A stretch of 64,000 nucleotides of DNA from Tubulanus polymorphus (lineage: Eukaryota > Animalia > Nemertea), in contig NC_134027.1 in assembly GCF_964204645.1 (NCBI RefSeq), forward strand, positions 11,936,485 through 12,000,484, read 5' to 3'. A model generated the notes under the pieces. That model was not told the DNA's origin. It did no database searches and worked only from the letters and a program-made list of their open reading frames with translations. Shown here piece by piece: positions 11,755-25,299 of this stretch. Positions within the stretch are counted from its first letter, which is position 1. Every line of letters starts with the position of its first letter. The translations under genes and the position numbers were made by a program.

Positions 11755-14700
11755 CCGACAATCCGCACCAAAAAGACTGTGATTTTATTTAGTTACGCGT
11801 AGTCATAAAGCCGCGATAAAGACAAATCCGTGTCGTGAAGACGTTTCAGCGCCGCGAAGTCATGCGTCGAAATGTCAGTAGATGGCGCCACATAGATGTT
11901 AATGACGTCATCCTGGGAAACCCGGGAATAATTTCCAAAACATAAAAAACATTCAAAAAGAAAAAAAATGAGTTTGCTTGTTGATACGCACAAAAATACT
12001 TTTGAAATAATTGGAATGTGTTTGCCGTTGAACGGAAGCCAACCGATCAAATAGTTAAAAGAAAGCCCAGATTACTGCATTATAAATCCTGCTTTGGAAG
12101 ATTAGATAATCGAAAAGAACCTAATTTCTATCCATCACAACAGTTAAACAATTCTGCTCTGACGGATAGAAAATCGACATTACACAATGTTTTCTATCCA
12201 CCATTGCAGACACTAATGTTTGTTTACTTCCTCTCCGCATACGCTGTGAGGTGACTGCTGTGGCCGGTAGAAAACAACGCTCTCTCAGTTAAAGGCGAAC
12301 CGGGTTTCCCAAATATCCGTCATTTTAAGAAGATCGCGCAAATTGCTAGTCGAAACGTCGAAGCAGCTAAAATGGTAACGCTGAAAGAATTATTTCTACG
12401 AATTATTTCATAATTAATACGTACGTGGCGCCATCTAATGACATTTCGGTGCATGACTTCGCGGTGCGAAAATGTCTGTGGCGTGGGATTGTCTTTTTGA
12501 CTGCGTGAAACAAAACATCGTCTTTTTGGCGGGGATTGTCGCCCAAACTCGTGTCTGGATGCATACAAGGATCCAGCTCGACAAAGGTCTACTTTGTCAA
12601 CTGGGCCAATCTCAGCACTCGGCGCAAGAACGTATTCACACCTACATGTTCAACGTCGATAAGTCTAACAAACCATCATACCAAGGAAAATAAGATTGTA
12701 TATACAAGTATTATTTTCTACTTATAGATATATACCTGTAGGACACACACCGTAACCCAAAACCTTTCTCTCTCCCCGCTCTTGTATCAGGTAAATAACA
12801 GTACCTGTCTATAATCTAAAGTATTCATGGAACAATCTAAATTCTTCCCTTAGGAATATTCGAAGTATTTCTCTCTTCAAATCCAGAATCAGATCTCTGC
12901 CTACACATTTTGTTTTCCCCACCACGCTCATAAAAAAATCTCAACCGCCAATGAGGAAATCTGTTTAAATCGGTTGCGAGTGGACCTTTTCCTGAGACAC
13001 CACCTATTCGTCATAATTTTGACAATATAAATCTGTAAAATTGTAATCACTGTCGTCAATTTCGACCGAAAAAATTATAAGTTTTTACTACGAAGCCCCA
13101 ACCTAAATTTTGATTCAAATAGCAAGTTAACCATAACCGTAGCAAAGTTTGTCACAGCCAATCACCACCATTTAGAGCTGCAATTAGCAAGTATACCCGG
13201 ATACTTTCTCTTTCTTCTTTTTTCCTTACCTTTTTATTTGATCTGCCATTATTTTCATCAATACTTGCATATAATGCATTTTAAATGCGGTTTGTAAGTT
13301 TATTTTGTAAGTCTCTTGTACTAGTGTATATTATGGAAATAAATTTAGATCTATTGTTTAAAAAAAGAAATTGACCAAAATCATGAAATGACCACAAAAA
13401 TGAGTTGCGCCCAGTAGGGTATCAACTTCTTTCATCTTTTATTGGAAACAATACGACGATTAAACCTCTACAGTGATTATTCTCGAGTTTTCTTTTATCA
13501 ATCGTTCGCACTCTCATAGCGTGTGTAAAAACTTACATAATATAGGCCTACCCTTAAATCTCCGTGATTTCTACATTGAAAATCGCAAAACGAAAATCCA
13601 TGGAGCTAAAACGAAAGTTCGTTTATCGGTAGGGCGCTAAAACGAATATCATGGTGAAACGAAAAACTTAAGTGCGAATTTTGACGCTTAAACGAATATT
13701 TTGGAACAAAAACGAATTTTTTCAATACTTCGTTTGAACGCGCAAAGCAAAATCGAAATTCGTTTTGCGTCAAGCAGAAACCAAGTTTTCGTTTTTGCTC
13801 TATAAGTTTCGTTTTGCGTTTTTCTATATTTTAGGTCATGTTAAGATTAATACATGCGGCGGCTCTTATCAGCGACAATAATATCGGGAGGGATCTAAAG
13901 GAATTTTTGACTGAGTCATTTCTGCGAAACAAAATAGGCCTAATGATTCGAACCCAAACTACTCCGAGAAATGAAACACAAAGGATTCTGGAAGAAACTA
14001 AACTGAGATTCAAGACTCTTTCGAAATTCTGACTGAAATTCACACGGGTCTGATTGGAGATATGAATTATCGATTGGAGATATGAATGATCGCCAACGGG
14101 TGTACGAGTGTGGAATATCATAAAATGGATTCGAACCTAACCGCCAGCTCAAAGAATTTTTTTTCGAAAGCAGGTGGCAGCACCGTACGGTCTTGGCATT
14201 CTTCAACAATTCATTCCTAGAAACGTCGAACATCGTGTTAAAACCAAAGTTTTCGTTTTTCAACGCGAAATATTTATTCCGAACATATTATTTTATCATA
14301 GTTCGTTTGTATATTTCATTGTCCATTTGGAAAATTAGTCAGAAATACGATTTTACAGAGCTGTATTTTCAATCCAAGAGAAAGTCAAATTCATAATCAA
14401 TTTACTTTATTATTGCCCCGTGTGTTATCTATCATGTCTATGGACTGAATATTTTATTGAAATGAACGATAACTTCTAGGGAGGAATGAGGTGTCGATCC
14501 TTGTCAGCAACAAGCCTGCGTATTGGATAGGCCTATGCTGTCTCGAATGTAGTAAGCAGGTAAGTCCTTCATTTAAATCTTTCTGACAACAGAAAGAAAG
14601 GCCGTCATGAGAAATAGATTACTCGATATATTCTCAGTTGTGAAAAGGTACTTTAAGCCCACTTGGGACTCCCAAGATAGTTGGTTTAGGTTGATGAGAT

Positions 14701-15163
14701 GTGCACCCCTAATGAAAATGGAAGTCATTGGCCATCAAATATGGCCACTGTGACTTTGGTGGGCATTTCGAATTATCTTGTTAGCACAATAGAGTCTAAA
14801 ATTCTTGATTGATTTATAGTAAAACTTGTTTTGAGGATTCGGGCAGGTGAGATGTTTACCGCTACTGAAAATTGATGTCATCCAATATGGCCGCTAGGGC
14901 AGACATCTTGATTTTCTTGCTGAATATGATGCAGCCTATAATGCTTATGATGTTCACCACTTTTGAAAATGGAGGTCATCAGTCATTGAATATGGCCACT
15001 CGGGTAGCCATCTTGAGTTTCTTGTTTATATCTGATGGATATCCGTGAAACTCGATGTGTGGGTGAAGTCAGGTTTATCTGTGTTCGACTTAAATTCTTA
15101 CTAAGTGGGGGAGAGAGTGCCGCAAGATTCCAGTTTGTTGAGGCGCCGCATTTACTGGTTATA

Positions 15164-15840
15164 GAATAAATACAACGAGACAAGTGAACTATTCTATTTG
15201 CGCACCAGCTTTTGCTACTAATGTCTATTTCAACCTGACTCGAGAGCATTCCGGGTGGCCTAGCTCGCTCATTTTTGGTAGTACATACCTGATAAAGGTC
15301 TTAGTAGGACCAAAAAGGACGGGCAGTCGACCTTAAACATTGTTTTTTAATCCACTTTAAACTATATTGAAGGATATCCAAAAAGTCTTTATTGAAAGGG
15401 GTTCATGAGAGAAAAGAGACTCCATGTTTTCAAAGTTTAACAATATGTCTCCATGCCTACCAACTGAAGTATGGTATGTAGGCATGGAAACATATTGTTA
15501 AACTTTCAAATCATGGAGTCACTTCTCTTCATTTAACCCCTTTCAGTGAAGACTTTTTGGATATCCTTCAATACAGTTTCAAATGGATTAAAAAATGATG
15601 ATTTAGGTTGACTGCCAATGCATTCTGGCCCTAATAAGACTTTTATCAGGTATGTACTACCAAAACTGACTGAGCTAAGCCACCAGGAATGCTCTCAAGT
15701 CAGGTTGAAATAGACATTAGTTACAATGTTATAGTGTGTAGTAGCTTCTTTCACCTGATGAAGTTACTATACACTAGTAGTGAAAGCTAGTGCGTACTAC
15801 TTGTCTCGTAGTGTACTACTCTCCTCGTTGTATTTTATTC
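15164..15840. repeat. Long imperfect inverted repeat (foldback), possible Penelope-like pLTR pair
   Basis: 15217-15460 is the reverse complement of 15478-15721 around a 17-nt loop; the outer ends GAATAAATACAACGAG / CTCGTTGTATTTTATTC also pair. Confidence 0.85.
15751..15793 (+). ncRNA. Putative minimal type I hammerhead ribozyme motif
   Basis: CAC-CTGATGA-A-GTTACTA(TACAC)TAGTAGT-GAAA-GC-TA-GTG: core boxes, a 7-bp stem II with two wobbles, palindromic AGCT stem III and a short stem I (CAC/GTG). Confidence 0.5.
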
Positions 15841-16010
15841 ACAGATGCCAATGGCCATAACTGGATCAGTCATTAGTGATCATCTGCAGATCCAAGACCC
15901 AAGTTCACGATTTAAAAATGCTGATTTAAAGAATGTACATCTCAGGATTCCTGGCTTAAGTATGACAACTTTGTATATAATTCCTTGAATAGGATTCAAA
16001 GTCCTTGAAA

Positions 16011-16157
16011 GTCATTAAAGATTATGAGATTGGTCTATGTTTTACATGTTTGGTCGGATATCTCTAGCGAAAAATAACTTCTTGTCATTAAAGATTATGA
16101 GATTGGTCTATGTTTTACATGTTTCATCTGATATCTGTAGCGAAAATTAACTTCTTG
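16011..16157. repeat. Two-copy tandem duplication of about 74 bp
   Basis: GTCATTAAAGATTATGAGATTGGTCTATGTTTTACATGTTT occurs twice in tandem. Confidence 0.85.
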
Positions 16158-16346
16158 TTCTCATTTTGATGACAGTCAAAAGATCAGCAGTGCTCGATGA
16201 TTATTTGCGAATTAGAAAAATGCTGCCTGCGAGTGACGTCGATTTGCTGTTCTGGGTTTCAAAAACGAATTCGAATCCATCACCAAAAACACTGCTAAAG
16301 AGGATTGATTACATATTTTGGAAGACAAATTTTCAAATCTAAAACG

Positions 16347-16497
16347 ATGGGCCTCGACGGATCGAAGATACTCCGACTTGAGCAATCTGAAGCAGATATT
16401 TTCATACCGCATAAGAAATACCGGCCGTTTCCGATCGAGTTGCGCGATCAACCGAGAACTATTTGTATAAAATTCAGACCAACGCCGCCAAGTAAAG
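16347..16497 (+). CDS. WD40/SOCS-box gene A, exon 1
   Basis: MGLDGSK...DIFIPHKKYRPFP...KFRPTPPSK; donor AAAG|GTAC, phase 1; homologous to gene B exon 1. Confidence 0.82.
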
Positions 16498-17068
16498 GTA
16501 CTTTTCGACATCTGGCATTCATATCTGAGCACTAAATTGTTGAATTTAGTGAGTTGCACAGTCGTGACTATAAGTACAGTCAACCGCCTGGAGTCGAATT
16601 TTGATGTATGTCTCGTGCAATTATATGGTCCGGATTTTCTCGTCTATAAAATCAAATAAAAATCTGATTATATCGAATAAATAAGTCGAATTTCCGCTTA
16701 TCTCGTTGCATAAAATTCGGTCCAAATTCTAAAATGTCAAGTCGCAGCCAGAAATCGGTTAACAGGTAAAGATCGTTAGTAGGCCTGGACTATTTGATCC
16801 GGAAACTTTTATTCCAATCAGTCAGCTCATGCCAAATATTGATTTTTGCAATCAGTTTTTGGACAAATATTTCGTCCAATCAGCTTTCAAGGTCGAATTT
16901 TCATGTACCTCGTATAAAACTCGACTTACGCAGGCTTGACTACAAAAACTTTAAATCTTTTGACTGGCAGCAGTTTCATTAAAAGAAGTTTTAACTAGGT
17001 TTGACTACTTAATGATAATTACAGGGCGTTAATTGTGAAAGAAATTTCGTTGACGATTTTATTTTCAG

Positions 17069-17233
17069 AGTATGATGAATTGCGCGATATTTCTTGGATC
17101 GTTGATTGCCAGTTTATTCCGTGCTCGGACGATGAACTCATTACGAGTTGTGGGGCTGTCGATATCTGGAGTCGCAGGACAAACATGTTTCCTCAAGGGC
17201 TCATCTGTAAATGGCGTCTCGGAATGACTACGG
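17069..17233 (+). CDS. WD40/SOCS-box gene A, exon 2
   Basis: Acceptor TTTTCAG|AG and donor ACGG|GTAAT, phases 1/1; peptide VDCQFIPCSDDEL...ICKWRLG matches gene B exon 2. Confidence 0.82.
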
Positions 17234-17613
17234 GTAATGGCTACTAGAATCCATAATTCTCCAGATGACATCCTTGTGATATAGACTGTCCCCATAGCTC
17301 CATCACTGTCCCTATGACATCACAGACTGGTTAACAAATATATCACTGATTACAATGGTAATGACTCGGACCAGTCTAGTGGCTTTCTCTATAACTCCCC
17401 AGCCGTATGGCATCATCTTACGACGCTGCCAGATAAGTGTTTACCTGCGGAAAAACCTCCCTATGACATCACTATGTTCATTTCGAAAAAAATTAACCCT
17501 ATGACATCATTAATACTATGGCTGCTTCCATAAATAACCCATTGCATCATAAAACAATGAACTGACAAAAATTGTATTGAAACTATAATGTGTTCTCTTC
17601 TATTTTTTGACAG

Positions 17614-18686
17614 CATGCCGCATTTATCCGGGAACTAGTACCTGTTCACAGCCACGAATTCACCCTCATCCGAATGGTGAATACGTCTGCTACGTCGGTC
17701 GCCAGAAGATCTGTGTTCAGGATCTCGAAACAGGCGCAGTTGTCGACCGTGAACGCAATCTCAGCTACGAGAGTTTACGCAGTTGCGACGTGTCGCCAAA
17801 TGGCGCATATCTCGCGTTCATCAGTCGCGCCGGCGTTCAATTCGAACTCGTGGTCGTCGAGAAACGCTCGGTGGCGTTCAGAGTCGTCAGTCGCGTGCGT
17901 TGCCGCGAAATCAATCGCGCGTTCGAAGGCACGCGCTCGTATACAGAACTGGTTGAGTGTAAGTGGTCGCCGGATAGTCAATTCATCGCGATTGCCATAT
18001 CGACCGGTTACCTATCGGTCGTCGACTGTCGTAATGAAGAACGCCTCGAGTCGTATTTGAACGTCGTCGATGAATTCAAAAACGTCGATCGACTTGCAAA
18101 TACGCTAACGTTTGACTTCGATCCGAAATCGGCGCATTCGATTTTGGCGTTCGCGACACGCGGCGTCGCGAATGAACTACATATCTGCAATTCGGACAAA
18201 AAAGCTGTCGTTCGGTCGACATCGTTGTCAACAGACGGAGAAGGATCAGACGGCGACAGAGCAGATGGAGACGGCGAGATAGGATGTTTACGATACAGTC
18301 GCCGCGGAGACGTAATCGCTGCGGCGAACGGAGTGCGAATTCGAATTCTTAACTCGGAGAATCTACGAGTGATTTATATCCTGGACGGCGCCGCTCAGGA
18401 TTACGGCGGTTACGCAAGAAGGTTGCCGTCCTGGAAATACCCGAGTATTCTACAGTTATCGTTCAGTCGATTCGACGAGTACCTGGCGGTTTCGTCGATG
18501 GACGGGTTCATACGCGTTTGGCAGTTGGATGCGGATTTGAATTTGCAGAATTTGTGTCGTAAGGTGATCCTCGCGAGCACGTGTTGCGATCGAGTGAAAT
18601 TTTTGCCGATACCCGATCGTTTGAAGTTGTATCTTTTGCAAATACCGGACTGGGCGGCGGCCCGCGGCGCTGAAGCGTATTTATGA
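17614..18686 (+). CDS. WD40/beta-propeller + C-terminal SOCS-box protein, gene A exon 3 (spliced product ~462 aa)
   Basis: Acceptor TTTTTTGACAG|CA is in frame with exon 2. WD-like blades (CDVSPNG, CKWSPDS, FSRFDEYLAVSSMDGFIRVW); SOCS box LQNLCRKVI...LPIPDRLKLYL. Confidence 0.88.
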
Positions 18687-18817
18687 TGTATTAGATCATC
18701 GATTATCAAGAAGAAAAATGAACACCAGTTGTCTTTCATGAAAATATGCTTTTCTAATCTATTCAATAAAATCTGTATATGATTATTTTTTGCAGTCACT
18801 TGGAACTTATGGTCCTA

Positions 18818-21127
18818 CACTCTTATAACAAATGGTTCTTCAGAAGAACCTTTAGGGGTTCTTCGGCCTGCCTCTGGAGGAACCCCTAATACAAAAAGGT
18901 TCTTCGAAGAACTCCATTGAAAGGTTCTTGAAAGAACCATTCACTCGGACAAAGGTTCCTCAAGAACCTTTCCTTATGAAATGAAAGGTTCATTGAAGAA
19001 CTTAGAGGTTCTTCGAAGAACCTAAGATATATCGAAATCGATTTCTTGGAAGAACCTTTTCGTTAGTGGGGTCTTTGAAATCTTTGGAGATTATGAATGC
19101 AGTGCTGCAAATTGTCCTCTATCAACAAGTATGTTATACTGTTGAGATATTGGAAAACTGAGACAAGGGATACATTTAGATCTTCTACTACATAACGAAA
19201 AAGATGATAAAATCATTGAATTAGAAAAATTAACATAATTCTACTCACAGCGTAAAATGCTGCATATGATCAACCAGAATCTGTGTAAGATCCGATCTCT
19301 TGGTGCTCCTGCAATTTTCTAAAAACTAGATCCTTCTCTCTCAGTGCTTGTGACAATCATAGAACTCTAAGTTCTATGTGACAATCTATGAGGAAATTTC
19401 GGCAATTCATAAACGTTAGGAACAAGATCTGATGTGGTGGTCGACATGGAAATATCCATCGTTGTAGAAGACAAGATATCCATTGCAGAAGATAAAATAT
19501 CCATCGAACTTCCGAGTGTTGTATTCAAACGGAAAGAGGCAATGAATGGCAAATAATTCTCCAAAAATTGTATTTGGATATAAATAGATTCATCCAAGCA
19601 TGTAAAACCCAACTCGGCAGTAATAAAACATGCAAATTCATTACATACTTCTAATGATTGATTTCGGATATGATTGCTAACTCATCAACATTTCTAGCAT
19701 TTGAATTTCTTTCTTCCATGTGAGTCCTTAGTTTATTGACCAACTTGTTGAACTGGCACTGTTGTTTCAGTTTTGGGAAGAGGCCTGCCACCATGCTTTC
19801 AAAAAACAGATGAGTCATGGGATACTAATTGCATTTCACAGTTGCTCAGTTATCATTATATTTACCACATACATCAAGAAGAGTGATACGAAAGTGTTTA
19901 CATTGTGCGATATTTCATTACAAGGTATTTCTCAGATTCGTCATCATCATCATCATCATCATCATCATCAATGTAGCCATCCAAGACACTGCAGTCCTTG
20001 TGATCGTCGGGTTTCATTATGAACCAGATTTTGGTATTTTCCAATTTATATGCGTGTTTTAATTCTTCAAATGCTTGTACCATAAACAATCGTCCACACT
20101 AGTACCAATCTCCATTACATTTAAGGATGAACGCTATTTTCATGAATACAGGTATTTCTCTGATATGATTCACATTAATGAAGTCTTAAACACGATATGT
20201 CATGTGGCCAGCAGAGAGTTTTGTAACTTTCAGTATACTTTCATGGTCAACTTCTTGACCAATTTGCTCTAGAAATTCCTGCCGTAATCCAGGAGGCATA
20301 TTGGACAGTTGGGAACTTGAACTTGATGCATATGTTTCAGTTCCGAGATAGTTGGCGCAGTTTAACTGTCAACATTGATATATTTGATGATGCTTTGCAA
20401 GTGTTAGGCTCGGATTCTTGAAATTACACACTGTTCCATTGATTCGCTTGAAATGTTCATGTTTGCCTTCAAACCGCATACGCCACAAGAATCTTAGAGG
20501 CCCAAAGTGCTTCAATAATCGTGGATAATGAACAAGATAATGAAGCTTTGGTTTGAATCTTGTTTCAGGATATAGTTCCTTGAATCCAGTCGAAAATCCA
20601 GATATCATAAGCTCTAAGTAAGGAAGCCAACCTCTATGAATAACTGGTGCAAATACTACGATGTATACCAACGATATCGCTAAACATGAGAAAATGTTTT
20701 CCAATATTGGTTGTTGACTGGAAGGAGGTTCTTTAATTATCGATGGTAACATGCACAGAAGACACCATTTTTTCCGATGCCTTTCCAGAGGTAGTCCTTT
20801 ATCTTGCATAATACTTTGAGGTATGAGTGGCGGAATGTTTGAACTGTCATTTTGTCGAATTGGGAAAGCTCAGCATTGACCTCGTTTTATATAAACGCGC
20901 GTTTCCTGATCATTTTTGCCAGCATACTTTTTATAAGCAGAGGTGCCACGCGTGAAGGCAATTACTTCACTTTTCGTCTGTCGTCCGCCGCCCGTCCTAA
21001 ATGGACCGTTATTTTGGGAAGTTTTGTAGACGAACTTTTGCACCAAAATTTCATCTTTATACGTTATGGCAAATCCGAGCATAAATCGTTTTCGTGCTCA
21101 AAACTAAAAGTTCATGTACTCAGTTGA
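18818..21127 (-). mobile_element. Degenerate CMC/EnSpm (CACTA-type) DNA transposon relic
   Basis: CACTCTT terminus with subterminal GAACC/GGTTC repeats (18818-19080). ORF 20369-20809 encodes KPKLHYLVHYP...FGPL..LWRMRFEGKH, a CMC transposase motif. Right boundary is uncertain. Confidence 0.7.
19941..19970. repeat. (CAT)n microsatellite, about 10 units
   Basis: TCATCATCAT... read directly. Confidence 0.95.
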
Positions 21128-22628
21128 TCCTACTGGACCAATAGTCCTTTATTGAAGATTTCAATGAAATTTTTGAAGACGCGCTTTGATCAATTATCTT
21201 GACGTATCGGCCCCACTCCGCGCGGTTGCGCCACCGCGCGGGATTTACGCGAAGCAGCAGAACACAAACACGGCCACTCTCTCAATTTTCAATGATAGAA
21301 ATCGTATGTGCATTTCAATTATTTCGGCTGTTAGGGTTTTAAGGCACAATATAAGTTGATGATGTGATAAAATGGCGATGTTAATTAATGATAATTCCGC
21401 AGTGAAGCTAGTCACGAACGGTGCCGATTGAGTGTACAGCTGCCAAAAACACTGAAATGTGCGTAGTTGCGTAACGATTTGCAGTGAATTGCAGACGAAA
21501 CATGAAGCCTTAACGGCCGTTTAAAAAAAAATTATACCTATCGCAATTGTAAAATAAAAATGAGATAGAACCTAAGTTAAAATTCTGGCCATTTCTAAAA
21601 TGTTATTAATTATTATTACTAATTTTTAGTCAGTGCGGAACGTTTACTTTTTCAACAATAATGAGGGGTGGTAGGTAGTCATGCAATTCAAGTCATCATT
21701 TATTACACGTTACTTCCGTGTTGTTGAAAATCTCGCGAGTCCTGGACTAAACCCCAATGAACAATGTGATCTGTGTGCTGGCCACAAATGCAGACAGATC
21801 ACACTACACTACCCATTACACACTCCAGTACCCACAGCTTTCATATATCCATCCAAGTATTTAGTGGCTTTCTTCCTGGATGTTTTATATGTATCACCCT
21901 AGGGGCCTGCATCAAGTCGATCGGACACGAGATGGCTATCCTGTGACCTTTTTGAGACCAAAAACGTCACTTTTAGCCTGAATTCTGAGACCTAGCTTCT
22001 TGTTTGATGGACATTTTCATTGAAATTCATCATTATGTAGAGTGGCCACCTAACTGGAAAACGGGCAAGTCAGGGCAATTTTCTAAAAAGCTATAAATCG
22101 GGGGAAAGTCAGGGAAATTTGGTGAGATTGCTAGATCGCGCGTAAAATCAAACGGCTTCCGTTTTACATATATGTTTTTGACTCAGTTAAAAAACTGATT
22201 GGATTCTTAGCTGCTCAAATCAGGGAAAACGTGCATATCAGGGAAAATATCAGGAAAAAGCAAGTAAAAAGTGGCCACCCTGTGGTGTTTATCCTTTCGG
22301 AAAGCATATTTATAATATCAGACAGGTATTTTAATCAGCCTCACTTTTGGGAAACAATAAAAGGATCCGAACACAAACTAGCAGAAATGAAAAATGAAGG
22401 ATTCCGACAGAAACTAACTTTAATAAAATCAACAACGCGGGATCTAGATGAAAACCTCTAAGCAACTAAACTTTATTCGACAACGATTCATCCCGACGTC
22501 ACGACGACGTCCCAATAGTGCGAGCGCCAAAATAACAACCCCAGACACCGCTAGCAGTGCCAACTAACAATGTATTAGACTACTTACACTACAAACTCCC
22601 TCCCTAACGTGATTTCAGGAAAATCCTG

Positions 22629-22787
22629 GGCCTGGTTTCATAAATGTGGAAGCAAAATAATCCCTGGGAATATTTTGAAATTTGTCAGTTATAACCATGG
22701 TTTCTCATTGTTACTATGGTGGTTGTCACCCAGATTGAGGATTTACCCCTAGGGATAACTTTGATACTCAGTCTATGAAACCGGGCC
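22629..22787. mobile_element. MITE with CTG TSD (PIF/Harbinger-like)
   Basis: TIRs GGCCTGGTTTCATA / TATGAAACCGGGCC, flanked by CTG on both sides. Confidence 0.75.
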
Positions 22788-23891
22788 CTGGAACAAACAC
22801 AATAGTACAAGCATGAATACTCAAAATTCAAAAATTACATTATACCAAGTATACATGTACATTAGTCAGTAACCGGTCTGTGGTTTAGTTTCACGATCGG
22901 ATATTTTCACAAACCACAGGAATGGGAAGGTCATTTTTGTATGCAATCTTCGTCAGCCAATTTGACTGACGAGTAATTTGCCTGGCATTTCATTGTCTCT
23001 TAAGATATTCGTCTAATTTTTGTTGTAATCGACGCACAACAGATTCGTAGTTTGTCTGATACCTATAACACCTCACCTGACGATCTTAATCCATGTGCAA
23101 ATCGGCCGTAAAGTGAGAGTAAATTTCCGTCGAGTCAACAGCTGCCATTTTGAAAATTACTGGAGGTGCTGGCACCTGTGGACTGAGGCCAGGACAACAG
23201 CACAAACTAACGAAGCGAAACGACGAAATAGAAAAAAATTAAGAAATCAACACTTATTCACATTTTTCTCTTACCAGAATTTATTATTTCATTATTTATT
23301 ATGGAAAACACGAAGATTTGAAATATAAGTTGGAACACCATCAAAAATAAAAATCGTCGTTTCGTCTTGAAAGTTTTATATAAATCCTTGTCGGTCCCCT
23401 TGTCTTATCATGCCACATGTGCAATACAGAGAAATGGCGGCCAATGGCGAAATTTGTGGAGAAATTAATTAATTTCTCAAAATAATGATGATTAATCACT
23501 CGAAACATACATGAAATTGGATTATTTCGAAAGGTACCTGTGTTAGTTTGTGAATTAAGCCATTAATTGTGGACTGAAGTGAATAGAAAGTATATTTTTG
23601 AGGTGTTACTTTTTTCAACCGTGTTTTGGTCCTTGTCATCCCTAACGTTGGTATAAGCCCATCCGATTATAAAAAGCTTACCACCAACGATTAGGTAACT
23701 AACTAACATGTACATCTACTTCAGTTCAAGGCAGAAAACACGATTCTGAAGATCAGATACAACAGAAATTATACATCACAATATAGCCTCAATTGGCAGA
23801 CATTCTCTGACATTCATCACGGAATTAACACCTGCCACTTGGCGATACCGGTAGTTCTAATATTCTTCGGAACGATTGATGATATCGGACG

Positions 23892-24964
23892 TCATAAATA
23901 CGCTTCAGCGCCGCGGGCCGCCGCCCAGTCCGGTATTTGCAGAAGATACAACTTCAAACGATCGGGTATCGGCAAAAATTTCACTTGATCACAACACGTG
24001 CTCGCGAGGATCACCTTACGACACAAATTCTGCAAATTCAAATCCGCATCCAACTGCCAAACGCGTATGAACCCGTCCATGGACGAAACTGCCAGGTACT
24101 CGTCGAATCGACTAAAGGAAAATTGTAGAACGCTTGGATATTTCCCAGACCACCGCAGTCGAACGTAACCGCCGTTATCCTGCTCGAGCCCATCCAGAAT
24201 ATAAATCACTCGTAGATCACTGGCGGTTAAAATTTGAATTCGCACTCCGAGCGCGACGGCGATTAGATCTCCGCTGTGACTGTATCGTAAAAACACGTTT
24301 AGTCTGAACTGTATAAGCTCGATATCGTCTTCGTCGTCTGCCGTCAACTCCGTTGAGCGAACGATCGCCTTCTCGTCGAGATCGCAAACGTGAAGTTTTC
24401 TCACGTCGCCGCGTGTCGCGAACGCCAAAATCGAATGCGCCGATTTCGGATCGAAGTCGAACGCCCGGACGTTCCTAACATGACCGAATTTATCGAAATC
24501 ATCGATTACGTTGTAATACGGCTCGAGGCATTCTTTATTACGACAGTCGACGACCGATAGGTAACCGGTCGATATGGCAATCGCGATGAATTGACTATCC
24601 GGCGACCACTTACACTCGACCTGTTTATCGCACGCGCGCTTGTGTCCGAGCCCGCGATTGATATCGCGGCATCGCATGCGGCCGACGACTTGGAACGGTA
24701 GCGAGCGTTTCTCGACGACCATGAGTTCGAATTGAACGCGTTCGACGCGGAGGAACACGAGATACGCGCCATTCGGTGACACGGCACAGGGGCCTAGACC
24801 GTAGTAGCCGTCAAGTTCACTTTCTCGCTTATTGAACGCGCCACTCTCAAGATCGAGAACGCAGATCTCGGAGTAGTCACTGATGAAGCACACATATTTG
24901 CCGTTCGGATGAGGGTGAATTCGCGGCTGTGGATGCCTACTCTTTTCCGAATAAGTTCGATACG
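23892..24964 (-). CDS. WD40/beta-propeller + C-terminal SOCS-box protein, gene B exon 3 (spliced product ~471 aa)
   Basis: Acceptor TTCTGGCAG|CG; open frame AYRTYSEKSRHPQPRIHPHPNGKYV... to GAEAYL*. Paralogue of gene A with a nearly identical SOCS box. Confidence 0.88.
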
Positions 24965-25117
24965 CTGCCAGAATAATAGAACATTAAACATTTTTGTCAG
25001 TTTATTGGTTTATGATGTATGGTGATTTATGGAAGCGTGGCATAGAGTAATTTGTTGGCAGCAAGCAATAGTATCAGTGATGTCATAGGGTGAATTTCTG
25101 GAAACCATTTTCCTCTA

Positions 25118-25299
25118 CAGTAGACTCCGGCTAGAGCGGTATCGATCTATTCGGTAATCTGCTCAAAACGGTAGAAGAATTAAAATGTTATCTGTCCCTA
25201 CTGTTTGTCAATTTGAAAAGAATTCGAAAATCTATACCGGTGTATTTGTCTATGTTGGTAACATATTAACCGGTCTACTGCTATAGGTGGAGTCCACTG
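25118..25299. mobile_element. Tc1/mariner-pogo-type MITE, TA TSD
   Basis: TA|CAGTAGACTCC ... GGAGTCCACTG|TA. Confidence 0.75.

Noticed and set aside
13570-14396. AAACGAA-rich repeats and overlapping ORFs
   Set aside because: Probably a decayed MITE; no TIR/TSD pair could be fixed and the ORFs have no motifs.
19762-20089. Poly-His, poly-Ile and poly-Asp ORFs
   Set aside because: Translations of the (CAT)n microsatellite.
22281-22593. Possible solo LTR (TGTGGTGT...ACACTACA)
   Set aside because: No matching TSD and the left end overlaps another repeat; cannot be supported from this window.
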